Assembly: GCF_006345805.1 (NCBI RefSeq)
Contig: NC_042999.1
Span: 18,724,001 to 18,788,000 of the forward strand
Length of the DNA: 64,000 nt
Source of the DNA: Octopus sinensis
Taxonomy: Eukaryota
Direction: 5' to 3'
The position numbers and the translations under genes are program-made. Under the pieces are notes generated by a model. It was not told the origin of the DNA, searched no databases, and saw nothing but the letters and a program-made list of their open reading frames with translations. Of the stretch, positions 26,436-37,783 are shown in pieces. Numbering within the stretch: the first letter of the stretch is position 1; each line of letters opens with the position of its first letter.

Positions 26436-27124
26436 TTTATAAGTTTTAATAATAGAAAATTCTAAATCTGTTCTAGTATTATTGACCAAAGTCCGTGAAC
26501 TTTTGCAAATCTCCTGATAAAGCTGATCCATCATTTTGCTTCTCAAAGAACCCAATCAATATTTCGGGGTATTCAAAGAGATACAACAGCGTCTTTAATA
26601 AACAAGTATTTTAAATCGCAGACTGATAAATTTGTTATGTAGACGTAACGTGCGTGGTTTTATAATTTATAATTTAAATACAATCGGTTAACGCACATAA
26701 TAATAGCCATTTCATGAGAGTAAAACAGGAAATTATTCCAGACGTTTCAAATTAATTGGATCTTTTGTTTTAAGATCTTATATGCAATAAGCAGGCGCCT
26801 TTAAATACACAAGCAAAATATATTTACCCAAAAAGACAGCATTGGAGTTAATTGCTTGACCTGTCTTCATAAGACAAATTCGTAAATACTTTGCTCTCAG
26901 ACATACCAAAATATTCTTAATCTGGTTTATTCACTTCGATGCTTAATCACGTCAGGACATGCGCAAGCAAAACATATTCTCATACAGTTCAACAAACTCG
27001 AAGCTAATTTCAGTGACATTCGTCATTTGAATGTTCTCAGTTTGACACGTTAGCAGAAGCCTCGTCTAACGTATTCTTTTGTATCTCTATATGTTTGCTT
27101 TCTCTTTCTCTTTTTTCTCTTTTT

Positions 27125-27503
27125 TCTTGTTTCAGTCATTGTGACTGCGGCCATGCTGGAGCACCGCCTTTAATCGAGCAACTCGACCCCGGGACTTATT
27201 CCTTGTAAGCCCAGTACTTATTCTATCGTTCTCTTTTGCCGAACCACCAAGTTACGAGGACGTAAACACACCAGCATCGACTGTCAAGCAATGCTAGGGG
27301 GACAAACACAGACACACAAACATACACGCACATACATATATATACATATATACGACGGGCTTCTTTCAGTTTCCGTCTACCAAATCCACTCACAAGGCTT
27401 TGGTCGGCCTGAGGCTATAGTAGAAGACACTTACCCAAGGTGCCACGCAATGGGACTGAACCCGGAACCATGTGGTTCGTAAACAAGCTACTTACCATAC
27501 AGC
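27125..27503 (-). mobile_element. SINE family B copy
   Basis: Near-complete match to family B, including tail ggcggtgctccagcatggccgcagtcacaatgactgaaac. Confidence 0.92.
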
Positions 27504-28082
27504 TTGCGCTTTGTATAAATAAACTAACATATATGTGAGTGGGTGTGTATGTGTGTGTGCGTAGAAAGATGTACATGTGTAGGAGAGAACATGGAAACTT
27601 AATTCACGCAGGCATTAGGGTAGGGTTGGGGTGTTCTATGGAATTCGCATCAAAGCACTATTTGACAGTCTGCTAGAAGGCAGATTGTTTGTAGCTGATA
27701 ACATGGATGTGATAAATTCTGATGTGTATCTTAAAATCTCTCTTTACCATTTGTCATATAATGCTGTACAACTTATTATATTTGTGCTATGTGTTATTGT
27801 TGTTAAATAATAATTATCAAATTCTCAGGTAAGTTTCTTGGTTACACGCAGGCATTCAAAAAGAGTGAAGGAGCTGGCAGGCAGCTAAGAAGGAAGATAT
27901 CAAATGTTATCAAGTACAGAACTCTTTATAAAGCTATACGAGGTGAATCCTTTCATTTTAAAAACTTTATCGTTTGCCTTAATAAATCTCTTTAAATTTT
28001 TGTCCTGAGAGTCATTACAATATACTTGAGAATTACTTGATTACATGGGTCTCTAAACTGGACTTATAATATGAAAGATGTT

Positions 28083-28336
28083 ACTTTCACTGTCATTTCT
28101 GTTAATGGCGTGTTGGCAGAAACGTTAGCACGCCGGGCGAAGTGCTTTGTGGTATTTCGTCCGCCGCTGCGTTCTGAGTTCAAATTCCGCCGAGGTCGAC
28201 TTTGCCTTTCATCCTTTCGGGGTCGATTAAATAAGTACCAGTTACGCACTGGGGTCGATATAATTGACTTAATCCGTTTGTCTGTCCTTGTTTGTCCTCT
28301 CTGTGTTTAGCCCCTTGTGGGTAGTAAAGAAATAGG
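28083..28336 (+). mobile_element. SINE family A copy
   Basis: Full head, core and tail. Confidence 0.92.
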
Positions 28337-28994
28337 TATTATCATTTATGCCCACATGAGCATATATACTCTATCAGAACAAACTATACTGTGGTAGATA
28401 CTATGCAAAAATCTCTCATATTGGCCTTTGGTGCAAAATGCGCTCTTATTTTATATCGCGATAAGCCAATATGACGATTCGTCTTCCGGTATGGTGCGCA
28501 CTAGAGTTTGTGTGACGAAACACCCACATTTAAGTGGGCATAAACAGTACATATCGTTATTAATTCTGCCTCTGTTGCTAACATATACTAGGTATTGTCA
28601 TTCTTACTATTCCTGTTGTTATTAATGTCATTGTTAAGGTTGCTAGCCTGACATCTGGAATTGATGTCGTTGGAGAGTTTCATGATGAAGCCGTCTTGCC
28701 TATATGACTTTGAGGTTGCACCTAGTTTTCTCACCGTCCATCCTCTCCTCTCGCTGGGAATGGTGGGAGTATGTTACTGTGTGTTAGAGTGTGTATGTGT
28801 CTCTTCCCACTTAGATATGAAAAGAAGTGGCCTGAAACCTCTGTACTTATTTCCTTCCAAATACAAAGCAATAACAATGTGGAAAATAATATCCTCAAGG
28901 CCATCCTTATACTTTATGAAACCCAATAGGACCGTAAGTATATCTGGAATAAAACCTGCTATATGTGATTTTCTGTTTCTCAGTATTTATTTTA

Positions 28995-29390
28995 CGATAG
29001 CACGCCGGACAAAATGGTTAGCGGTATTTGTCCGCCGCTACCTTCTGAGTTTAAATTCCGCCGAGGTCGACTTTGCCTTTCATCCTTTCGGGGTCGATTA
29101 AATAAGTACCAGTTACACACTGGGGTCGATATAATCGACTTAATTCGTTTCTCTGTCCCTGCTTGTCCTTTCCGTGTTTAACCCCTTGTGGGTAGTAAAG
29201 GAATAGGTATTTCGTCTGCCGTTACGTTCTGAGTTCAACTTCCACCGAGATCGACTTTGCCTTTCATCCTTTCGCGGTCGATAAATTAAGTACCGGTTAC
29301 GCACTGGGGTCGATATAATCGACTTAATCCGTTTGTCTGTCCTTGTTTTTCCCCTCTATGTTTAGCCCCTTGTGAGCAAAAAGAAATAAG
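28995..29390 (+). mobile_element. SINE family A head-to-tail dimer
   Basis: Two cores; the second unit starts directly at ...aaaggaataggtatttcgtctgccg. Confidence 0.9.
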
Positions 29391-29654
29391 AAATTATTTT
29401 ACGTAGCCGATATGAAAAGAGGAATTTAAATAACTCTTACATATGTACATGTTTGTTCATTTGTGGGGACAGGGCTTGTAGGTTACATTGCTCCCAGTGT
29501 TTAACTGCTGCTTATTACATCAAACTGGAAAGAAGGAAGTACAATATCGACATCATCAGAATTTGGACCCAAGTTTTTCAGCGCTACTATAACTAAAACA
29601 TCAACAAGAAAAACATCAACAATCATAAAACTAATAGTGACAATAATGATAACA

Positions 29655-30128
29655 ATATATTTCTTTATTGGCCTCACAGGGCTGCACACAGACGGGGCAG
29701 ATTACAAAGTAGAGCTTTTCTTTTTGGGAAGAAAAGAAAAACAATGAAAAAAATTTGGGGTGGGTATTCGATCAAAAGGGACCGTAAAAGGGAAAGAAAA
29801 AAAGAAAAAGAAAAAAGAAAAAAAGGAAAAAGAAAAAACGATCAATAGGGATTGTGTATCACAGAAATGTTATGATGTAAAGTGTAAAGGGGAAGCAGAT
29901 AAGTTTATCCGTGGAAAGAAAAGCCTACGGAAAAGACCACGATGACCTCGGTCAATAATGTCACATGTTAACACATTTGTTTGCAAGTAGGTAAACCTCT
30001 GTTTTATATTTTTCCGGGTTCATAGGGTTATGCTCAAGGTGGCATCGTCATTCATACGTACCATCCTTACTACATTCACCCATCTTTTTTTGAAACATTC
30101 ACTAGACAAAACTTGCCTCTCTACTCTC
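29655..30128 (-). mobile_element. Tx1/L1-like LINE 3' end (ORF2 last codons + 3' UTR)
   Basis: Minus strand reads MRVERQVLSSECFKKRWVNVVRMVRMNDDATLSITL* (R.ER...S...F..RW, typical of Tx1-like ORF2 ends; stop at 30020-30022), then a T-rich UTR ending ...cagccctgtgaggccaataaagaaat. Confidence 0.65.
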
Positions 30129-30633
30129 ATTACATCGACTCGTGCTCAACCACTATGCATTTCAACTCCGAAAAGATAACACGGAAGGTCGACTATTGTT
30201 GTATTTGACCTATGAACGTGAAAATGATGTTTATGTTGCTGATAGCGGTACGACCTAAAGAGCGCTCATATTATAACCAGGATGCTGCTGCGAACAATAT
30301 ATATTTGTTTAGAAACCTTACTATATTCAGAACGTCGTAGATCTATGCTTACATGCAGTTAATGAGACAATCAAAGAGAACAGCAAGAAACCATATTTTC
30401 CCGCTATTATTCAGTTTACATTCTTGTCCATTATCAACAATTCTTGTACAATTTCTGTCATATTTGATGTTTTAGCATATTTCCTGTGATTTTCTTGTTT
30501 ACTATTTTTACAGGACGAAGATTATCATTTGACATTGTAAGGTTCCTTGCTAGTAAGCCTAATCGTTAGAAGTGCTTCTCTCTAACTACCTATTTATTTG
30601 ACTATCTCTACACACATGTATATCATGCAGTTA

Positions 30634-30669
<36 letters not shown>

Positions 30670-30854
30670 CATATATATATAGGCATATATACAAGTATAT
30701 ATGCATATATATGCTTATATTCATATGCATATGTATCTATCTAGCTATCTGTCTCCCACTCCCTCTACCTCTCTCCCTCTTGATATAATATAGGATAAAA
30801 ACTCTTTCAGAAAAAAATTTCATCAAAAGTGCCAGGTATATATGTGTATGTATG

Positions 30855-30889
<35 letters not shown>

Positions 30890-31084
30890 CAAAGTGGAGT
30901 TATATATACATACATATATATACATACATACATACATACATACATACATACATACATACATACATACATACATACATACATGCATACATACATACATAAC
31001 GAATATGTATGGGCAAAAAGTTTGTTTTACAATTTCGTGTTCAGTTTTGCTGCGTGTGGACATGAGCAAATGTTTTCAACTATA

Positions 31085-31156
31085 GTCTCTTGCCGACTAA
31101 AGACTTATGAGTGGATCTGGTAGACGGAAACCGAAAGAATTCTATCATGTGTTCGT

Positions 31157-31192
<36 letters not shown>

Positions 31193-31410
31193 GGGGAGAG
31201 AGACCTTGTGTTTATCCCGCACCACCACTCGACAACCGGTACTGTTGTGTTTATTTCTTTGCAGGTTAGTGGTTCTAGAAAAAAAAAACACCGATAGAGA
31301 AGTAATAGGTTGTAAAATGAACATAAATCCTAGGAGCGATTTCTTTGGGTAAAATACAAGATGGTGCTGCAGCATGGTCGTTGTCTAATGACTGAAACAA
31401 GTGTTACAAG
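31085..31410 (+). mobile_element. SINE family B, degenerate 3' two-thirds
   Basis: agtggatctggtagacggaaaccgaaag...ggtgctgcagcatggtcgttgtctaatgactgaaacaag. Confidence 0.75.
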
Positions 31411-32355
31411 ATAGGAAAAATAAGAAAATATATACAGAAATGGGTGGATGAAAAGGAAGATGGAAACCTTTCAAACGTCAAGAATTAATATTTATTGTGT
31501 AGTTAGAAATCTCCACGTTCCGATTTTGCAGTGATGTTGAAGTGAAATTTTATGAGAATTTTTAAATTGCGTAATAGTATGTTTTATCATTGAAAAAAAG
31601 TTTTAATGGAATATTTTCAGTGAAAAAGTTAAGAAATGTACAAAAAAGCGTGAGTAAAGGAGAAAATGAAACATCAAAGGGAAAAAGGTGAAAACAAAGA
31701 CATCGAAATATAGAGATTCCTCATAAAGTCGATTTCCGTCAGTTATATATAAGTTCAAAGGATTTTATTGCAACCGATGCATATGGAGAGAAGCAGAGCA
31801 GTGTATAAGAATATGAAAGATAAAAATGGATGAAATACGGAGAATAAAAAACGAATATCTTAAAAAATAAAACACGTACAAAGAATCTGAAGAAAATTAT
31901 GAAGAAAAAATACGAAAAGAAGTAAAAGGAAAAGGTAGCTTTTGCATACAGCGTATAGAAGGAACAGAAAGAAATAGAAAGTGAAGCATAGACGAAAGGC
32001 AAGTTTGATGATACGGGCATGAATAAAGAGGTGATAATCGCAAGCGAATATCAAAGTGGATTTGATCAGAGGTGTATAATTAAACAAGAAGTAAAACATT
32101 CATTGTACAGAGATGTGAAAGTAATATAAATAATAACGTATGTCATAGTTACTTAGAAGATAAATAAGAATCTATAACGAACAGGAATATTTGAACAGAA
32201 TTTGAAGGAAAGCAACAGTGCGGCTACTATCACCTAACGAAGCTGTAAGTAAATCGGAACAATTTAAATGTTTCCGCGCATTAGAACGAAGAAGCCTCTT
32301 TATAAATCATATGTTAGTAATATAATATATGTAATTAATATAATATAAGTAACTA

Positions 32356-32700
32356 AGGCAGTGAGCTGGCAGAGTCTTTAGCACGCCGGGAGAAATGCTT
32401 AGCGGCATTTCGTCTGCCGCTACGCTCTGAGTTCAAATTCCGCCGAGGTCGACTTTGCCTTTCATCCTTTCAGGGACGATTTAAATAAGTACCAGTTACG
32501 CACTGGAGTCGATACAATCGACTTAATCCGTTTGTCTGCCCTTGTTTGTCCTCTCTGTGTTAAGCCCCTTGTGGGTAGTAAAGGAACAGGCATTTAGTCC
32601 GCCTTTACGTTCTGAATTCATATTCATCCGTGATTGACTTTGCCTTTCATCCTTTCTGAGTTGTTAAAATAAGTACCAGTTAAGTACTGTGGTCGATAAG
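32356..32700 (+). mobile_element. SINE family A full copy plus partial second unit
   Basis: aaggcagtgagctggcagag... head, core and tail, then a second core after aaaggaacaggcattt. Confidence 0.9.
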
Positions 32701-34089
32701 AACAACATACTACCACCCGGAATTTTCTTGCCCTCTGCCGGCAATTTGCACTCAGTATATTATAGGTTACTGATAGTTACAGCAATGACAACAATAAGTA
32801 AATGTTTGTAAGTTTGAAAGTTTGAAAGGAAGGCTGGTCAAATGTATTAACCACGTTTATAATAACAGTACTATAATGTATAATGATTTCATGTGTCAAG
32901 AGTCTCAGGTGTCATGACTTTCAAGTGTTTTAACAACCGGCCCTGCGAGGGAGTACTCTCCATCACGTCAATTTGTAGCCTACCAGCAAACAAACTGCTG
33001 GTGTGCATTGGGTATGTGCGGTCGATATTGTTAATTACGCTAGCGCTGCTTCTATGTCATACGTATGTGCGGTCGATATTGTTAATTACGCTTTCGCTGC
33101 TTCTATGTCATATTTGAATTCATAATTTAACGAACCTGAGGTAATGAAAAACAAGTTCTTTCCGGTCAGGATATGGGAACAGAACGAAACGAGCCGATGA
33201 GCTAAAGCTCTAAAATTCTTACTAATAATCTTTCATGCTGGTAACAATAAATAATAACGTGGTAACCTATCTGAGTAAAATCTCAGGTGAACTCTCATCT
33301 CGAGTTTGCGCTAGAGCTTATCGGTATTTAACAAGATAATATTGTTCTTTATAAATATCATTCTAAAACGCAGTAAAGAATGTGTATAGGTAACAGATAA
33401 CAGGGGTCATGCCCGAAAAATATTTTACTGATAATATCTTTTATAAATGTTTATAAGGATTTATTGAAATATATAATGAGTTTAAAGGCATTTAAATTAA
33501 CCTTATAAAAGTTCGGGACGGATGAATGCATATTGTGAAGGTTTATACAATATATTGAAATATAGAAAAAATAAGGAAGAAAATATAAAGAGAAATATAA
33601 ATATAGAAAAACAAGTATTTTATTAGCGGAAGTGTAAGATAGCAAGTTATGTGAAATATGAATAATATAAATGTTTTTGTTTTTAGGGTGATACATTCAT
33701 TGTCACACTATATTCATACATTCCCTCGTTAAATTAAGGATATCTTTCTCAGAATCTTTGCACTATCCAATAAAATATCGCGCTGAAGTTGCACAATATT
33801 ATAATAAGGCTAATTAATGAATAAATGTTATAAAATATCTCATTCTACCACACCTTACGCTTCAAAAACCTTTCATGTTCTCTAAATTGCACACGAGAGA
33901 GACAACTGTAAGAACTTTACTATACGCAAAAAATATGGTGATTCTATGGAGTACACTTTCCTTCACATTGTGCATTTCATTAAGAATGTACTTGCATAGC
34001 AAGTGATCTGATCTGAGAGATGTACTTGCATAGTAAGTGATCTGATCTGAGATCGTGTGCTGGAACGAAAACAATTGCAGCGTGAAAGG

Positions 34090-34215
34090 TGTTTATAAGC
34101 CATTTAAGAAACACACAAAAACCGTTAGATTCACTTCGACATTTAAATTTAATTTGCCAAAATATTTTCGTCGCTTTGAGACTGCGATCTGTTCAATGAC
34201 AAAATTCCGTGCTCT
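34090..34215 (-). mobile_element. Penelope-LTR-like repeat with hammerhead-like fold
   Basis: Minus strand: ttttgtca TTGAACA gatcgc..gcgac GAAA ATAT TT tggcaaa. Confidence 0.45.
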
Positions 34216-34284
34216 CTTTATCACAGGTTTTGTTGGAGCTCTTGGAGTCTTGCATGCGTAGCGGACTTAATGCCTGCAGCCTAC

Positions 34285-34980
34285 GATATCATGCTATTCG
34301 TTCTTTTCCGTTGTCTAATAGTTTCCTGATTATTCTGGCCGTGCCAAGGAGGCAAAACTTTTGTTACACTTCTACAGGGCACTTGATTCCAAATGCCTTT
34401 ATACTTCTCTTGATGCCTTCCGATACTGTTCCGATACTGTTACAACAATAATTGGCACTTCGTTTTCTATAGCCGGGCTTTTACGTACTTAAGGGGGTTG
34501 TATCTATCTATCGTTACGCCTTCCTTCTTAACTGTTGATTGGTCAAAGGGGCTTGCAACATCTACTATATAGCATGTGTGATGCACGTTGTCTTTCACCA
34601 CCAGTTCCAGTCTGTTATGCTCTAGCTCGTGATATTTTGGGATTGGAAAATCCCAGAGGATTTCTGATTCCGCCACTCTCTGTGGTTTGTGCACATACCA
34701 TATATTGCCTCTCTCTAGCCCCCACCTTTCGTTGTTTTCTGTGAAGCGCTTTCACTGGTCGTGTCGCCATAACTTTTAGTCGTTTGCGGCAAATCTAGAG
34801 GATTCTATCGTGACATGAGCAATGTTTCATCCACGCTATTGCAGATGCGGCACAGCGGAGACGCTTGATCTTCCCTAAGGTTGACCCTCCAGATTGTGGC
34901 CAAAGCTTGGTCTTGTGCTGCCAGTATAGTGTTCTGAGTCTTTTTTATTAGGGTACCTTTCATCATCTAATCCAACCTAT
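34285..34980 (-). mobile_element. R4/Dong-like LINE 3' fragment (CCHC finger + RLE), decayed
   Basis: ILAAQDQALAT...SPLCRICNSVDET..H / ILWDFPI...LEHNRLELVVKD..TCYIVDVASPFD...KY / VPII...GTVSEG...QKFCLLGTARIIRKLL. Confidence 0.85.
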
Positions 34981-34984
34981 TTTT

Positions 34985-36070
34985 TCCAGCAACTTCTGCT
35001 ATGGTTACATGGAATTGATTGTGTAGTCCATTGTTGCGTAATTGTTTTCCATGTGATAGAATTGTTCTCACTCATATTATTGCACAACGAACAGTGCTTA
35101 GCTCTCTTATGCATGTTTTTGAGCATATAGCGTTCAGAAACACAAATGGAGTTTTTATTAGAGGTACTTGTCATCATTTCTTTAATATTTGTATTACGTC
35201 TAAATGCTACAATAGGCGGAAGAGGAAATATTTGTCGGAAATGAGGATATTTTTCTGAAATATATTGGTAAATGTCATGCAACACTTTTGAAATGCCAGC
35301 GAAACTTCGTTGTCAGTTAATCACTAAAGGAATTTGACCATAAGCTCTTTTCTGACTGCTAAATTTAGGCGTGAGGTTTGATTATCACTTCTAATTTCAG
35401 CTATGTCATTCACAATTTCCTTCAGTCTTTGTTCATTATAACTTTGCTTTACATAATGGCGTACAAAAGCATTTGCATGGTTCCAATAATCGTCAAAGTC
35501 TGTGAAAAGAGTCTTATCCTCAAAATTTAGGAATTTGGATTTGATCTGATTGTATGATGCTGATGATAAGAGCGGCGCTGGAACTAAATATGGGATAACG
35601 TGGGTTTGCAAAATATTTCTGTGACTATTCGGCCTTCCGAAAAGTTGACTTTTGTGTGCAAAAATTCAACGCTAGTTTTTGGAAAACTTGACGTGAATTT
35701 AAAGCTATAGACTTCTGCGAAGCTGTCACAGAAAGGTAAAAATTTGACTAGAATATCCTGTGTTCGTTCCCAGACGAAAAACACGTCGTCAATGAACCAT
35801 AACCAGAGTAGAGGTAAATTACCATGCAGGGATTTGTATGTCTCTATTAATTTAGTTTCAAATTTTGTCATGAAGACATTTGCGAAATTAATTGCCATAG
35901 GGGTATCCACGGCGCATCCCTTCATCTGATAGAAATGTTTTTCTCCTACTTCATTGAGTTTTTTTGTAACATAAATTTTAATAATTTGCAGATAAACTTT
36001 GAGGGAATACTTTTCATTGACCGTTTTTCAAACCTTTCATGCATTATTCCCCCAACCCGCTCATCGAGAT
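34985..36070 (-). mobile_element. Decayed Penelope-like element RT/thumb/linker
   Basis: MKGCAVDTPMAINFANVFMTKFE...LWLWFIDDVFFVW...FTSSF...VEFL (G.AMGT..A..FAN..M...RFIDD pattern), PPIVAFRRNTNIKEMM and KHCSLC; multiple stops and frameshifts. Confidence 0.85.
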
Positions 36071-36645
36071 CGATGTTGGGGTGTAAGAAAGAAATATTAA
36101 TGGTTACTAAATGAATGTAACACTACTTCGGTGTTAAGAAAATATTTTTCAATTTGAAAACAAAATAAAAATATCCTAAATGAAGGAACTTTTAGCCACA
36201 GGGAGCAGAAAGCCATCCGACCATTCCGAAATGTTAGCAGTGCAACATTTATACCCACTGCAAATTGGGCGCTGTGGTGGGGCCGAGTTACAATTTTCTT
36301 CTGTTTGAGTAACCCATCGCTCTCAAACAGACACTGAATAGGGGTTGTTTAAGGATGTTGAACGAAACACCCATGTTTCCAGGGGTGAATTATTCGAAAT
36401 CCAAAGAATCCCTCTCAACACATGTCTACGATACTCCCGCATTACTTCTGCTCATGATCAGAGATGCACATATCGTCAGTCACTAAGGGACATGCTCAAC
36501 TGGTTAAGGTCAAACAACTGACAAGCAAATCTGTGGTATTGAGCAGAATATTTGCTGTAGCCCATCTTCTATACCAAAACAAAACAATATTAGGATCAGA
36601 AGCCATGAGAGATGAGAGCAACTCTCTGGCACTGCATCAGGGCAT

Positions 36646-36663
36646 TATTATTATTATTATTAC

Positions 36664-36737
<74 letters not shown>

Positions 36738-36738
36738 T
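36646..36738. repeat. (TAT)n microsatellite
   Basis: Directly visible; abuts a GC-richer, probably interspersed repeat at about 36275-36645. Confidence 0.95.
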
Positions 36739-37312
36739 TAGCTGTCACAACGTATACTCTATTACTACAACTAGAAATTAAAACGATAAAAGAAAGAATT
36801 AAATCTCTGTTTGTATTTAGGAATTCACTGTTATCAATATGATCTCAAATATTGTGTGATTTGAATATCTAAAGTCTCATACAAAAACGCAAATATTTCA
36901 TAGACTTTATTCCATATAAACATTATATTTATCATCCTTAGTAAATATAATGAATGAATTTCTTTCAGTAAGCACAAACTTCAAAATGCACTCCTACTAC
37001 AAACAAAGATTATTACAAAGAGGATTATGGGCATATAATCTCACCGCACACGCTAACCTTATTACCTATATAGGATTATTGACCATTTGCTTGGTACCAC
37101 CTTCTACCTTTTCTTTTCTGTTATGCATTTTTCCAGTACTTGTAAGTTTTTAGTCTTAGGTATTAATTCATCATTCTCTCACCTTTTACCGTATAAACCA
37201 CCATCAACACACATCTTTTGACCTATTTGTTTAAATTTCCATGCTAATCTTGCAAAAACTTCTCTGTCCAATTTACCTAAACTCATTTTAGAATATATAT
37301 CTACCCTAAAGT

Positions 37313-37783
37313 ACAACCCCTCCTCAAAGTGGTAGGGTGGTGTAAACGGGCAGTGTCAGAGCTATGCCGTCGGGAACTTCGGTTCCTGGTAGGGCCACCC
37401 AAAGCGGATTGGTCAGGCACTGAGCGGTATTAGGGCCGCAGTCTAGCCAACGGGTCTCTGGGGAAAATTCCAAGAGGCATCTGAAGGCAACCAGCGGCTT
37501 CGAGGTCGTTCTGTCCCTGCGTCTGTTGAGACTCCACAGCAAACAGGGCCTCTCGTCACTCGGGATATGCATGCGGGATGGCGGGGACCGCTTGTGAATT
37601 TAATAATCCCATAAAACTTCCATGAATCCTATAGAACCGCGAATGGCTCGCTATCTCTAGTGATCTTGCACAGGACCGTCGAGCGTGGGTCGCCATGTTT
37701 CGTGATGTCGTGAGGACCAGAGAAGGAGCCGGCTCAACCCGCCTTGAGTGAACACCGTCACAAGTACAAGTAAGTAAGTAAGT
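37313..37783 (+). mobile_element. RTE-clade LINE derivative: 5'UTR-like part joined to the ORF 3' end
   Basis: The 3' part reads EWLAISSDLAQDRRAWVAMFRDVVRTREGAGSTRLE*TPSQVQV (AQDR..W, RTE C-terminus) with an (AAGT)n tail. The 5' part gagctatgccgtcggg...cctggtagggccaccca resembles RTE 5'UTRs. Confidence 0.65.

Noticed and set aside
31620-32260. Purine-rich strand-biased stretch with protein-like fragments
   Set aside because: Frequent stops and no motif recognised; A-rich low complexity explains the look.
33986-34052. 34 bp tandem duplication
   Set aside because: Ordinary slippage-type duplication with no associated feature.
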